A DNA stretch of 63,276 nucleotides, filler included, from Calcarisporiella thermophila CBS 279.70 (taxonomy: Eukaryota; Fungi; Calcarisporiellomycota): the NCBI RefSeq assembly GCF_041956535.1. It is 4 parts of 4 records of this genome, joined end to end, with 100 filler letters (N's around TTAATTAATTAA, not from the genome) between each part and the next. Parts side by side here need not be neighbours in the genome. Positions count along the whole stretch, not along the records: positions 1 to 21,593 come from NW_027192235.1; positions 21,694 to 52,860 come from NW_027192210.1; 2 more parts are not named here. The stretch is one strand, 5' to 3'. This document shows, in pieces, positions 11,955 through 22,431 of the stretch (position 1 is the stretch's first letter; each line of letters begins with the position of its first letter). The position numbers were made by a program, and so were the translations under genes. The notes beneath the pieces were generated by a model, which did no database searches, was not told where the DNA came from, and saw only the letters and a list, made by a program, of their open reading frames with translations.

Positions 11955-12985
11955 ATGCTGAAATCTTTTCTTCTCCGTTCATCTTCTTTGATTTCGCGGC
12001 GCTACTACACGACAACGACAATGGGTCGGCTAGAAGGAAAAAACGTTTTAATGTATTCAATTTAAAAATAGGTTTGAAAATTTAGAAAAATTTACACGGC
12101 TTTTCACATTCTTTAGCACTGGCGCGAGCGCAGGCATAGGTGAAGCGTGTGCGAGGCTATTTGCGAAAGAAAATGCAAATTTGGTAAAACAGATTGACCA
12201 GGACAATGATTTCTCCCATTTTAATCTATCCGCTCTAATCAGATTCTCACGGCCCGCCGCCTCGAACGCCTTGATGCTCTGCGAGAAGGTATTCTTTCCA
12301 AACACCCGAATCTAACAGTACACTGTGCACAGCTTGACGTGCGAAATAAACTTGCTGTTGATGGATTATTACCTTCGCTGCCCTCCGAATTACAAGAGGT
12401 GGATGTGCTAGTTAATAATGCCGGGTTAGTGATTGGGTTGGATCATGTTGTGGATGTGTCAGAGGAGGCAATCAACACTATGATTGATACTAACGTGAAG
12501 GGACTGGTCTGTATTCTTGACCCTCAGAGGAATCACTTATGATTCTTAACCCTATTTTTCCTTAGCTCTATGTCACTCAAGCAATCTTAAAGGGCATGAA
12601 AGAGCGTAATCGTGGCCACATCATTAATATCGGCTCGGTCTCAGGCACGCAAGTATATCCTGGCGGTGGCACTTATTGTGGCACTAAACATTTTGTGGAT
12701 GCCATTACTCGTACTCTTCTGCTCGAGCTTGTGAGCACTCCAATCCGCGTGACTCAAATTAACCCTGGGATGGTTGAGACAGAATTCTCGCTTGTGCGAT
12801 TCAAAGGAGACAAGGACCGGGCCGAAAAAGTTTATGAAGGTCTACAGCCTCTTACAGGAGAGGACATTGCTGAGCTCGTTGTTTTTGCGGCTGGACGGCC
12901 CCCACATGTCAATGTGGCGGATGTGCTAGTGTTTCCAGTGAATCAAGCAACTGCCTCCGTTTCTCACCGGGAGCCAAAGAAGTGA
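11955..12985 (+). CDS. NADP-dependent SDR, YdfG/YMR226c-like 3-hydroxy-acid dehydrogenase (multi-exon)
   Basis: TGASAGIG, VLVNNAG, YCGTK and PGMVETEFSLVRF..PLTGEDIAE motifs; three GT..AG introns; mitochondrial presequence-like N-terminus. Confidence 0.9.
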
Positions 12986-13225
12986 GCTGATATATATATA
13001 AGTTACATTTTATTTAAAAAAAAAAACAGGGTAAATATTTAGATATGATCCGTTTTTCATTTTCCCAACTATAAAATGGTATATCCTATTCAGCACAACT
13101 AAATCCAAAGAGTAGTAGTAAGGCTTCTTGTTTACGTTCGCACTCAAACTTAGATGAAATATATGAATCAGAATCCACGCAAATAAAGTAGCAATAAAGA
13201 GTTTGGGAAAATAAAAAGCAAAATT

Positions 13226-14958
13226 TTATTGGTGTATCCAAATTTGTTTTGCGATTGCCGGTACTCCATCCCCCCTAAGGACGAATAACCAATGTTTTCC
13301 TGGTGGGAATATGTTCGCATTTGGAGGGGAAGTAACCGCGAGCTCCACAATACGTCCATTAACGGACTTGACAGTATTGCGCATTCCAACCTGTCTCTGT
13401 GACATATGCGTCGAATGTGTGGAAAATCCAAGATTCACAAGTACTGTGCGTACTGGCGTACCTTTGGCGTCTTGCCCAAGGTCAACACTAATTTTGAAGG
13501 TTTCTCCGTACTGAATCTCCGCGGGGAATGCCACAATTTGTGGGCGTTTAGTCCCAGTGAGTAGGTAATCCGGAGAATATGCCTCGACACGGAATTCCGT
13601 CTCCTTCGAAATACGGGAATGGGGGTTTGATCCGGCCACCCATACACGTCCATCGGGTATTAGCATAGCAACTGGATTGGAAAGAAAAAGAATTCTTTAT
13701 CGACTTTTTTCTACTTTAAACCCTAATGCTTTCTTTAATAAATTACCTGAGTGGTATATTCTTGCAATATCGGAAGGAGCTAGTAGTCGGAATCGCTTTC
13801 CCGCGGGCTCATTGTATTTGTAGAGTACAGGTATTGTTTGAGGATCCTTAGCATTCGAATAGCCTGCAAATCCAGTTTGTGCTCCATTAACGATCATGAG
13901 ATTTCCGTCGGCAAGGAGGGTAAGATCTGGCATGGTTCGACGATTAGGCATACGCTCAGTGGTCCACGTGGGATTAGCGTCGAGAGGTGCTATGCGGATG
14001 CATGTGTCATCAGCTTTTAGGGCACGATCCATTGCTTGAGCTCCGCCACATACTACAATTTCTGCCCTATAGTTGTTTGAAGGATCAAGAGGTAAAAGCG
14101 CAGTGCCTCCAGTAAGTGGATATGTGCGTGCAACTCCAGGAACGCGTGGAAGTTCCTTGACAGTACGGTGTTGCACCCAGTCATAGATAACACTATCTTT
14201 GTTTGAGAGGACAAATAAGTTTCCGTTAGGAAGAACGATTATCTGTGGGTAAAGGTTGTAAGGGATTGTAGTGCGTAGGATTGGCAATTCATAATTTGGA
14301 GCTTCGCCTGGCTTGCGGGGAAAAATCTCATATGTGGGATTATTATATCGTGCTGCTACTGCACCTTGCCCCTTTGTGGATCCACCAGCGATTAATACGC
14401 GACCATCAGGAAGAGTGACTGCGGTCGGGTACCAGCGGTTGCTACTCATATGTTTACCCCCGGGGTTCTCCAAAATCTGGCACGAATTGTCTGAGCAAGG
14501 CTTGAAGATTCGGACTGTTTGAAAGCCAATATCAGCAGGAACAGTGTCTTTATCGTGGATAGGAATATCTCCTCCGAACTCAATCAGGGTGCCATCTCCA
14601 AGAAATGATCCTGCGCTACAAAAACTGTTGGTTTTAAGACGTAGTGGGCGAGCTTTGTTCGTGTTGAGATCATATTCGCTCGCCCATGCAAAAGTTCCGT
14701 CGGGAAATGTGAGCTCAGATGGTTCAGCTAATAATATATAAAGTAACTGGTAAATAGAACGAAAATTAAATAGCTGTGAGCGAAGCGCCGACGTTTACCT
14801 TTATCAATTATGACAATTTTGCTTTCGGTTGTAAGAACTGCGTGCATAGCAGGAACGCCGGACCTACCGATTACTTTCCATGAGCCTTGAGCTGCTACAT
14901 TCGATGGGGTGAGAGAAATTGCCAACAACGCTGACAAACTTGACAATGAAAAGATCAT
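13226..14958 (-). CDS. secreted copper radical oxidase (AA5 glyoxal/galactose oxidase-like)
   Basis: Signal-peptide-like N-terminus, SGVPAMHA, FCSAG, RWYPT, NLYP, R.YHS, VAGSNP and GFSTHSTHMSQR; C-terminal DUF1929-like Ig domain; two introns. Confidence 0.92.
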
Positions 14959-15734
14959 CCAAACGCGAGGAGAATATCTAATAGAAGATTAAAGAGAAGG
15001 AGGGAGGATAGAAGAAAAGGTGGTGGACTGGGTCCTTTTCTAATGTGTTTGAAGGAGAAAAATAATCCGGGGAACTAAAGGAGAGATAAAAAAGGGAGAA
15101 GAAGGGAATAATATGTAACAACTTATATAAAACTTTTTACTCAATTCGAATTGTGTGATGGGCAAAACAATTCAATCGGTATTAACGAATGTCACTTGAA
15201 AAGAAAAGAAAAAAGAATGTTGGGAATGCGATGAAGAAGAAAAAGGATACTGTAAAAATGTAAATATATTTATAAGATCTATTTTTGGATGATTGTAATA
15301 TCCGCGCTCAATCGGAATGCTTGACGTCAAAAAGAGGAAGAAGGAATAAGGAAACATCTCGCTGATCCTACATGAAAAATTCAGTGTGTTATTCATAAAA
15401 ACCAAATCTAGGCAAATGAAGAAACAGTCACATATTTCAATTACGGCTTGATAAAATATTTAGGTTAGGTTATTGGTGGCTTATTGAAAATCGAATCTGA
15501 AAGAAAATCTCGGTGTGTTTACAGTTATTAGAACTCCTTCGTTTTTTTCCACACGTTTCTCTCGCGGTTCGCTCCTCGGTAGTTCAAAAACTGTGTATTT
15601 TCTCTCTTCTTTGCTTAGCAACATTTCTTTGTTGAAAATCATAAATCAAAAGGAAATTCTTTTGATTATTTTCTATTCTCATTGCATTTTATTCACGATT
15701 CCTATTATTTTCGGCCCTTTATTGCAGTAATAAA

Positions 15735-17569
15735 ATGAATCGCTTGGCAAGTAAAATTCCTCTAGCTCGTCTTCCTACGACACTTTCTACGGTGCGCACC
15801 CCTGTCCTTTCTCGCTTCTATTCTTCGCACAAGGACCTCAAGTTTGGTGTTGAGGGACGCGCTGGATTGTTGCGCGGCGTAGATATGCTCGCCAAGGCTG
15901 TCAGTGTCACCCTTGGTCCCAAGGGCCGCAATGTTCTAATTGAGCAACCATATGGTAGCCCAAAGATTACTAAGGATGGTGTCACTGTTGCCAAGAGCAT
16001 TACCCTTAAAGACAAATTTGAAAATCTTGGCGCTCGGTAAGTAAATTTTGAAATTTCGTATTTGTTAATTATTTTTGGAATGCAAATGTTTACTAATATT
16101 CCCTCATGTACAGCCTCGTGCAGGATGTAGCTAACAAAACCAATGAGATCGCAGGCGATGGTACTACTACGGCCACTGTGCTCACCCGCGCTATTTTCTC
16201 AGAAGGCGTTAAAAACGTAGCTGCAGGATGCAACCCTATGGATCTTCGTCGTGGTGTGCAACTTGCTGTAGATGCTGTAGTTGATTTCCTCAAGCAGAAC
16301 AGCCGTGTTATCACTACAACTGAGGAAGTTGCGCAGGTGGCAACCATCTCTGCAAATGGCGATAAACACGTTGGACAACTGATCGCCAATGCAATGGAGA
16401 AGGTTGGAAAAGAAGGTGTCATTACAGTCAAAGAGGGCAAGACTATCGATGACGAACTTGAAGTAACTGAGGGCATGCGATTTGATCGAGGATATATCTC
16501 GCCCTACTTCATCACTGATCCCAAGACTGGCAAAATCGAGTTCGAGAAGCCCCTTATCTTATTGTCAGAAAAGAAGATTTCGCTTCTTCAGGATATTCTT
16601 CCGTCGCTCGAGGCCGCAGCTACACAGCGTCGTCCTCTGCTTATTGTTGCTGAAGACTTAGATGGTGAGGCTCTCGCTGCATGCATTCTAAACAAGCTCC
16701 GTGGCCAAGTCCAAGTTGCAGCTGTAAAGGCTCCTGGATTCGGCGACAATCGCAAGTCTATTCTTGGTGACTTGGCTATCCTCACAGATGGTACAGTATT
16801 TTCGGATGATCTTGACTTGAAACTCGAACGTGCTACGCCTGACATGCTCGGCACCACCGGATCTGTTACCATCACGAAGGAGGACACTATTCTTCTTAAT
16901 GGCTCTGGTGCGAAGGAGGCAATTCAGCAGCGTTGCGAGCAGATCCGCTCCGCAATGCAAGATGCCACTGAGTACGAGAAAGAGAAGCTCCAAGAGCGCC
17001 TTGCCAAACTCTCCGGCGGTGTCGCAGTGATTAAGGTTGGTGGTGCATCGGAAGTCGAAGTTGGTGAGAAGAAAGATCGCTTCGTTGATGCTCTGAACGC
17101 CACCCGTGCTGCAGTTGAGGAGGGTATTGTCCCTGGTGGTGGAACAGCGTTGCTCAAGGCTACCCGAGTGCTTGACCAACTAAAACCTGCTAACTTTGAT
17201 CAGCAACTTGGTGTGAATATCATCCGCGCCGCTCTTACCCGTCCCTGCCGTACCATTGTAGAGAATGCCGGTGAGGAAGGATCTGTCGTTGTTGGTAAGC
17301 TGCTGGCTGAACATGCAGATAACTTCAACATGGGCTATGATGCCGCAAACTCGGAATACACAGATATGATTTCCAAGGGTATTCTTGACCCCCTTAAGGT
17401 AGTCCGTACAGCTCTTGTTGATGCTTCTGGAGTCGCATCACTCCTTACTACCACCGAATGCATGGTTGTCGATGCACCCGAAGAGAAAGTTGCTGGCCCA
17501 ATGGGAGGTATGGGAGGTATGGGTGGCATGGGTGGCATGGGTGGCATGGGTGGTATGGGAATGATGTAA
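15735..17569 (+). CDS. HSP60: mitochondrial chaperonin Hsp60; exons 15735-16036, 16114-17569
   Basis: Presequence, [28 protein letters not shown] and a C-terminal (GGM)n tail. Confidence 0.98.
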
Positions 17570-17859
17570 AATTTCAAAACTAATGTTCATTTATAAAGTA
17601 TAATAAAATTAAATATATACACATAGATAATAAACTAAGAGATTTCCAAATTAATTAACTTTGATCTTACTATAATGCATACAGCTGACAAATGAAGATA
17701 ACTGCTAAATGATTTGGAAATTGTTTTTAATCTAACTTTAAACCATTGCATTTTTCTCGGCCGATTTTAACTTAAGCTAAATTTTAAAATCTCAAATACA
17801 GTTTAGCATAATGGTAACAATGGTAATTGCAAACTTTGTAATGTAAAATTTTTTCAAAA

Positions 17860-17943
17860 TGGTGACAGTGGGATTCGAACCCACGCCTGCTTACGCAGAT
17901 TAGAACTTGAGTCTAACGTCTTAGACCGCTCGACCATATCACC
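17860..17943 (-). tRNA. tRNA-Leu (CAA)
   Basis: GGTGATA/TGTCACC acceptor, anticodon arm TTAGA-CTCAAGT-TCTAA, long variable arm CTGC-GTAA-GCAG, T arm GTGGG-TTCGAAT-CCCAC, then TTTT. Confidence 0.96.
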
Positions 17944-18029
17944 TTCTGATTCGTTGTGTTGTTGGAATCGTATCGAGATATGTGCAGTAGGACAATCAAG
18001 CCAAGCCACGTAATCCCTCAAGCCCTGCT

Positions 18030-19172
18030 ATGCTCGACTACGACGCAAGCGAGGATGACCAGCGTTCCCCTGATATCCATCCATCCTATGCGGATGCCTT
18101 ACGCGTAGCATGCACCCAGAAAACCAAAGACCCAGGCGAGAAACCTACCCTGGAGAATGTTAACACAAGCCCGCCGAGATCCTCTTTCAAAAACTCGGTT
18201 ACATTCAAGTTTTCGCGTTTTGAGTTCTCATCCCAAGAGGCAGTGAAGCTACTGCATGAGAAGTATCAAAAACGAGTAGCAGCTATCAAGATCCTGGGAC
18301 AGTCCAAGACCATCATTCTCGCATTCCGGAATGAAGTGGACACTCATGGAGTAATCAAAGAAGGTTTTTACGCGAATGATAGGAAGGTTCCGTGTTTTAA
18401 GACAATCTCCAACTCCCAGAGAGTACTAAACGTCAGAATTAATGACCTCCCCGGTCAGGAAGAGGAAACTCTCAGAGTGAAATTGGAAGCAGCCTTGTCC
18501 AAGTTTGCCAGAGTCATCCAGATCGACTTTCAATATTACGGCAACACAGGGTGGTTGCAAGACCACTGCTACGCCATACTCGAACCGAACCCAGAGACCC
18601 CGGAACCTTTGGAAAATATCCTACCTCGCCAATTGGCCATCGATGAGGATTAAGTAATCCTTTCTTGGAGAGGATCTACTCCAGTGTGCAATTACTGTAA
18701 GACTCCTGGCCACATACGCGTAGAATGTGCAAAGAAGAATAAGCAGCATCAAGAATATAAACCCGTCCAAACCCCTACCCCGCTCAATCGCGAAATCACG
18801 CCAGACAGAATGAATACAGACAACGAGGCGGAGAGGTCAGAGAAGAAACAGGAAGATACCAGCAAACCATTCAGCACTCATCAGATAAACACACCTAATA
18901 CCATCCCCCTAGGATCCAAAGTATTCAGCGAAATAACCGGTTTTGAACTATCCACTGTGCCAGCCAAGAGGAGTCCCGAAATCAAAACGGTGAACCTGCA
19001 AGAATTCCTTGCATCCCAAAAGCATATGAAGTTCGACTTCAGTCCTACGCGGATCGACCACCCAACACGGAAAACTATCTCTAGGCCAAAAAGCCCATCA
19101 AAGAACAAGAGCCCCTTAAAGACCAAGGGCCTCCCTAAGGAAAAAGCGGCCAGTAGTCCCAATGGAACATGA
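18030..19172 (+). pseudogene. LINE ORF1 (gag-like, RRM-like region + CCHC zinc knuckle) with one in-frame TAA
   Basis: ORFs 18030-18653 and 18684-19172 share a frame. Reading through the TAA at 18651-18653 gives ..VILSWRGSTPVCNYCKTPGHIRVEC (CX2CX4HX4C). Confidence 0.85.
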
Positions 19173-19220
19173 GCTTAGATATATATTACAGCGACAGTAA
19201 ATATCATTCTCTCTCAGCAC

Positions 19221-19478
19221 CTTTGCTCTCTGCATATCAAACGGTATGCGAGAGTAAAGAAAATTTATCTATCTACATATGTAGATAATGAAATGCATTT
19301 CATTATCTTATATACTCAAGCATTCAAATCAACCAACTCTAACAATCTATCTACCTTCTTCTTATTTGTAAACCACTTCAAGGTAGGCTGGGGGCAGTAC
19401 CCAGGTGATTTTGACGTAGAAGTTACCCTACCGTTTTAACTGTACAGGAGACTTTTCAATAAAAAGTTTCCTTAGTTG
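19221..19478 (+). other. structured 3' UTR of the retroposon (hairpins, palindromes, three-way junction)
   Basis: Hairpin 19221-19259, palindromes 19270-19287 and 19283-19308, junction 19382-19432 and terminal hairpin 19437-19478. Multiple G-U pairs work only on the + strand. Confidence 0.65.
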
Positions 19479-20292
19479 AAAAAAAAAAAAAACTCAAGCC
19501 CTGCTATTTCGGAGCATTATCGGAGCATTATTAAGTAACTGTTGTAATGTAATTCTTTTAGTATATATTGAACAGAACTCCCACTATAGTAAAGGGAGAC
19601 ATGCTAAGTTCCAGATAGTATTCTTGTTTAATAAACCAGTAATTATCTTAACTATCTTCGCATGTACTATGCAGATTCTAACAGTGTTGTTATGTGGAAT
19701 TAGGGATTCGTGGTGAGAACAGTAAGCTCGTGTTCGAGTCCGAAGACAAACAAACTAATACTTTATTCTGCTTCCCCTTTTTTTTGTGTTGGGAAAGATT
19801 CCTTATATATGAATGAAAAAATAAGATAAAAACAATAAAGAATATTCATGTGGCCGCAATTTAAGCACTTAATTGCATTCGTTAAAAGAAAAATGGCTCG
19901 AAAAGATAGAAAATCTGACAAGAAATATAAACATAAAGAGAAAATTATGATAAAGTCTGCATCGACCAAGATGATCGCAATGAATAAGAGGAGTCCTCGA
20001 ATGGCAAGGATCCTTTTTTTTGATCAATACCGAGTCTTTATTGTATAGGAAGATACTCTAAAATACAATTGTTACATTATTATAAGCAATAAAGTGAAAG
20101 GGAAGCCAAAGTTAAAGCTTTGGGTGATATCGTAGATCGAAATGATATGTTGGTCATATCGACTTTCAGCTCAAATAGGTAAAGGAATGGTGGAACTCAA
20201 CTGTGGATATCAAAGGATAACATGAGAAATGGGGTGGGTAGTAAACAAATGGAAGCAGAGGATAAGAAGGGGATAAGCTAGGGATTACTGCG

Positions 20293-21593
20293 TTATCCCA
20301 GTATCAGTGCCGCTCCGATCGCTCCTTCTCTAACCGCACCCAGCTTGCACCACCTTCTTCGAAACTGTTCGATTTGCCGGTTTTTTCGTGCTCGGATTAG
20401 TTCGGCTCCTATCACTTCCTCAATATCTAGTTTGGCCCGGCTGATGATTATTTCGGGTGAGGCTCGGGTGCTTTCGAAATGAAAGGCGATCCGATCTCGG
20501 TGGATTTGCCACAGCACCGAGTCAAAAGTAATTCGGGCTACGTGTCTCGCTGTTCTCGAGGATTCCGTGAGGTCTCATAGTATGAGGTTGCGAGCAGTCA
20601 GCACCGGAGTATTCTGGGGGCCTGTGATGGTGACGATGCACCTCTCCGCCCATTGCCATACTGGTGTAAGTTCAGGACATTCGAAGAAAGTATGCCGAAT
20701 TGTGTCTCTCGAGGCGTTACATCGGGTGCACTTCGGGTCGTGACCAGGAAATGTCGAGTTAGTGATCACTCGTTCCACAAGAATCCGCCAGCGTAGCGCA
20801 CGGTGTTTTGGGAGGGTGGGTCGTTTGTGGACGGAGGTCCAGATTTTCTTCCAATCCTCGGGATGTAGATCCAGCCTCTGGCCAGGATTGAGGCACCAAT
20901 ATATTCAGCTCTAGAGAGCCGTTGCGCCGGAAGTGCCGTCCTTGTCGGGTGGAATATTCTACGACGGGCCTGCCGGCCAGGTGGCAGTGATAAAGTGGGA
21001 AAAGGGGTTGAGGGTGTTGTTGCGGTATATCAGTACACTCCGTGACCTTTGCAACTAAGCTCGGGGGTAAGTTGAGGTAACGGAGCTCCCATCCAAGAGA
21101 ACGGCTGCAGTATCGGCGGTGGCACGCGTTCCTTAGTTTTTCAGTAGGGAGCGCAGAGTATCTACGCTCCATTTCCGATTGCCTTCCAATATTCCTGTCA
21201 AATAAAGCCTGATTATGGAGCGATCTGCACTCGATTTGTCCTCCCCAGCGTACGAAAGTTAGTATCTCATTGAGGAGGTATGGCGGTGTTGGGGGTTTTG
21301 GCTCCTTCATTTGTCGGCCCTCGTCTGTGATTACCGGGCACCTGTAGAGAGGTAGGGACAAGACCTCGGTCGCAGTCCAGTTTGGTGATGCTACTGGGCT
21401 ACCTCCGAGCATACGCCACGTTTGGAACTGATTAAACCAGAACCCTCCTTTGCGTTTGAGCTTGGCAGTGGAGAACGTGGTGGCAAAGATGGCTGTACCG
21501 TAGCCTTCTGGAGCATACTTTCCTGTCAGGTTAAGGAGTGAGATGCTTGCCCAAAGGGATACCGTCGGGTCCGATGCTGGTTTCTTCATTTTT
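20293..21593 (-). mobile_element. 3' part of an L1/Tx1-like LINE ORF2 (post-RT region with zf-RVT zinc finger), degenerate, cut by the linker
   Basis: C-terminal CTRC..DTIRHTFFECP..VWQW and LWQIHRDR..F motifs; frameshift near 20830-20860 and in-frame TGA at 20575-20577. Confidence 0.82.
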
Positions 21594-21693
21594 NNNNNNN
21601 NNNNNNNNNNNNNNNNNNNNNNNNNNNNNNNNNNNNNTTAATTAATTAANNNNNNNNNNNNNNNNNNNNNNNNNNNNNNNNNNNNNNNNNNNN
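21594..21693. other. artificial contig linker N44-TTAATTAATTAA-N44
   Basis: Identical 100-nt spacer with stops in all six frames occurs three times in the window. Confidence 0.95.
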
Positions 21694-22431
21694 ATTCGCT
21701 CTGCTCGGAGTAAAGAAATAGATTGTCAAAGCTTTTTTAGTAATCAAAGGATTAAATTTATTACTACTCAGTCTAAAATGACATTATTCTCATTGGAATG
21801 ACAGACGCTCACCTAGACTGTCTTTGTAATATTTGAAGATATCTTGTAAAAGAATGCCCAAAGGTGACTTAAGATACCTTTCTTTGAAGTAAACGCTTGT
21901 ATTTTAAATTGAATAATCTGTATTAATTGTCAATACAGAAATAATTGTCGATCGAATCCAATACAAAGGTGTAACGTACAATATACGTAATGGTGTACTA
22001 CAGCACTTAATTTAGTATATTAATGATGTAATGGAGCACCATTCAACTCCGGAAAATTAAGGTCACATTGAATAATTGTTACCATGGCATCGGAATTTCT
22101 ATAGTTACATTGCTTCTGCGGCCACTCTACACACGCGGCGGTGTAACCAAGTTTTCATTCATTTCGTTACTGGCGCCAAGAATGGACTGGAACCTGCACA
22201 AAGGCGTGAGAGACCTTTGATTCATCTTTATCGATAATCTTCATTAGGATACTTTGCCCTTAAAACTCTTAATAAAACGGTTTGAAAAAGTCAGATTATG
22301 TAAGGAAATCGGTTTACTACTTATAGGCTCGCATTAGATATATTGTCATTTGACCTACTTTTTCCGCAAATTTTTTTGCAGTTTCTTCCGAGGCAATATG
22401 GCTCCAATTGCTCGGAGAGCAGCATTATTCA

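Larger units (their letters stand above)
18017..19507 (+). mobile_element. ORF1-only non-LTR retroposon (HAL1-like) with poly(A) tail and 15-bp target-site duplication
   Basis: CTCAAGCCCTGCTAT occurs exactly at 18017-18031 and 19493-19507. A14 tract at 19479-19492, AATAAA at 19458-19463. Encodes a gag-like ORF1 and no RT or endonuclease. Confidence 0.88.

Noticed and set aside
15321-15330. TTGACGTCAA CRE-like palindrome between the AA5 oxidase and HSP60
   Set aside because: A single short site with no supporting context; it could be chance.
17501-17566. 9-bp tandem repeat at the end of HSP60
   Set aside because: It encodes the normal (GGM)n chaperonin tail.
3521-17577. Antisense/overlapping ORFs (e.g. 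3521-4204, 10913-11395, 16093-16476, 16688-17179)
   Set aside because: Shadows of real genes on the opposite strand with no independent motifs.
21638-21649. TTAATTAATTAA palindrome repeated three times
   Set aside because: It is centred in N runs with identical spacing, so it is an assembly spacer rather than biology.
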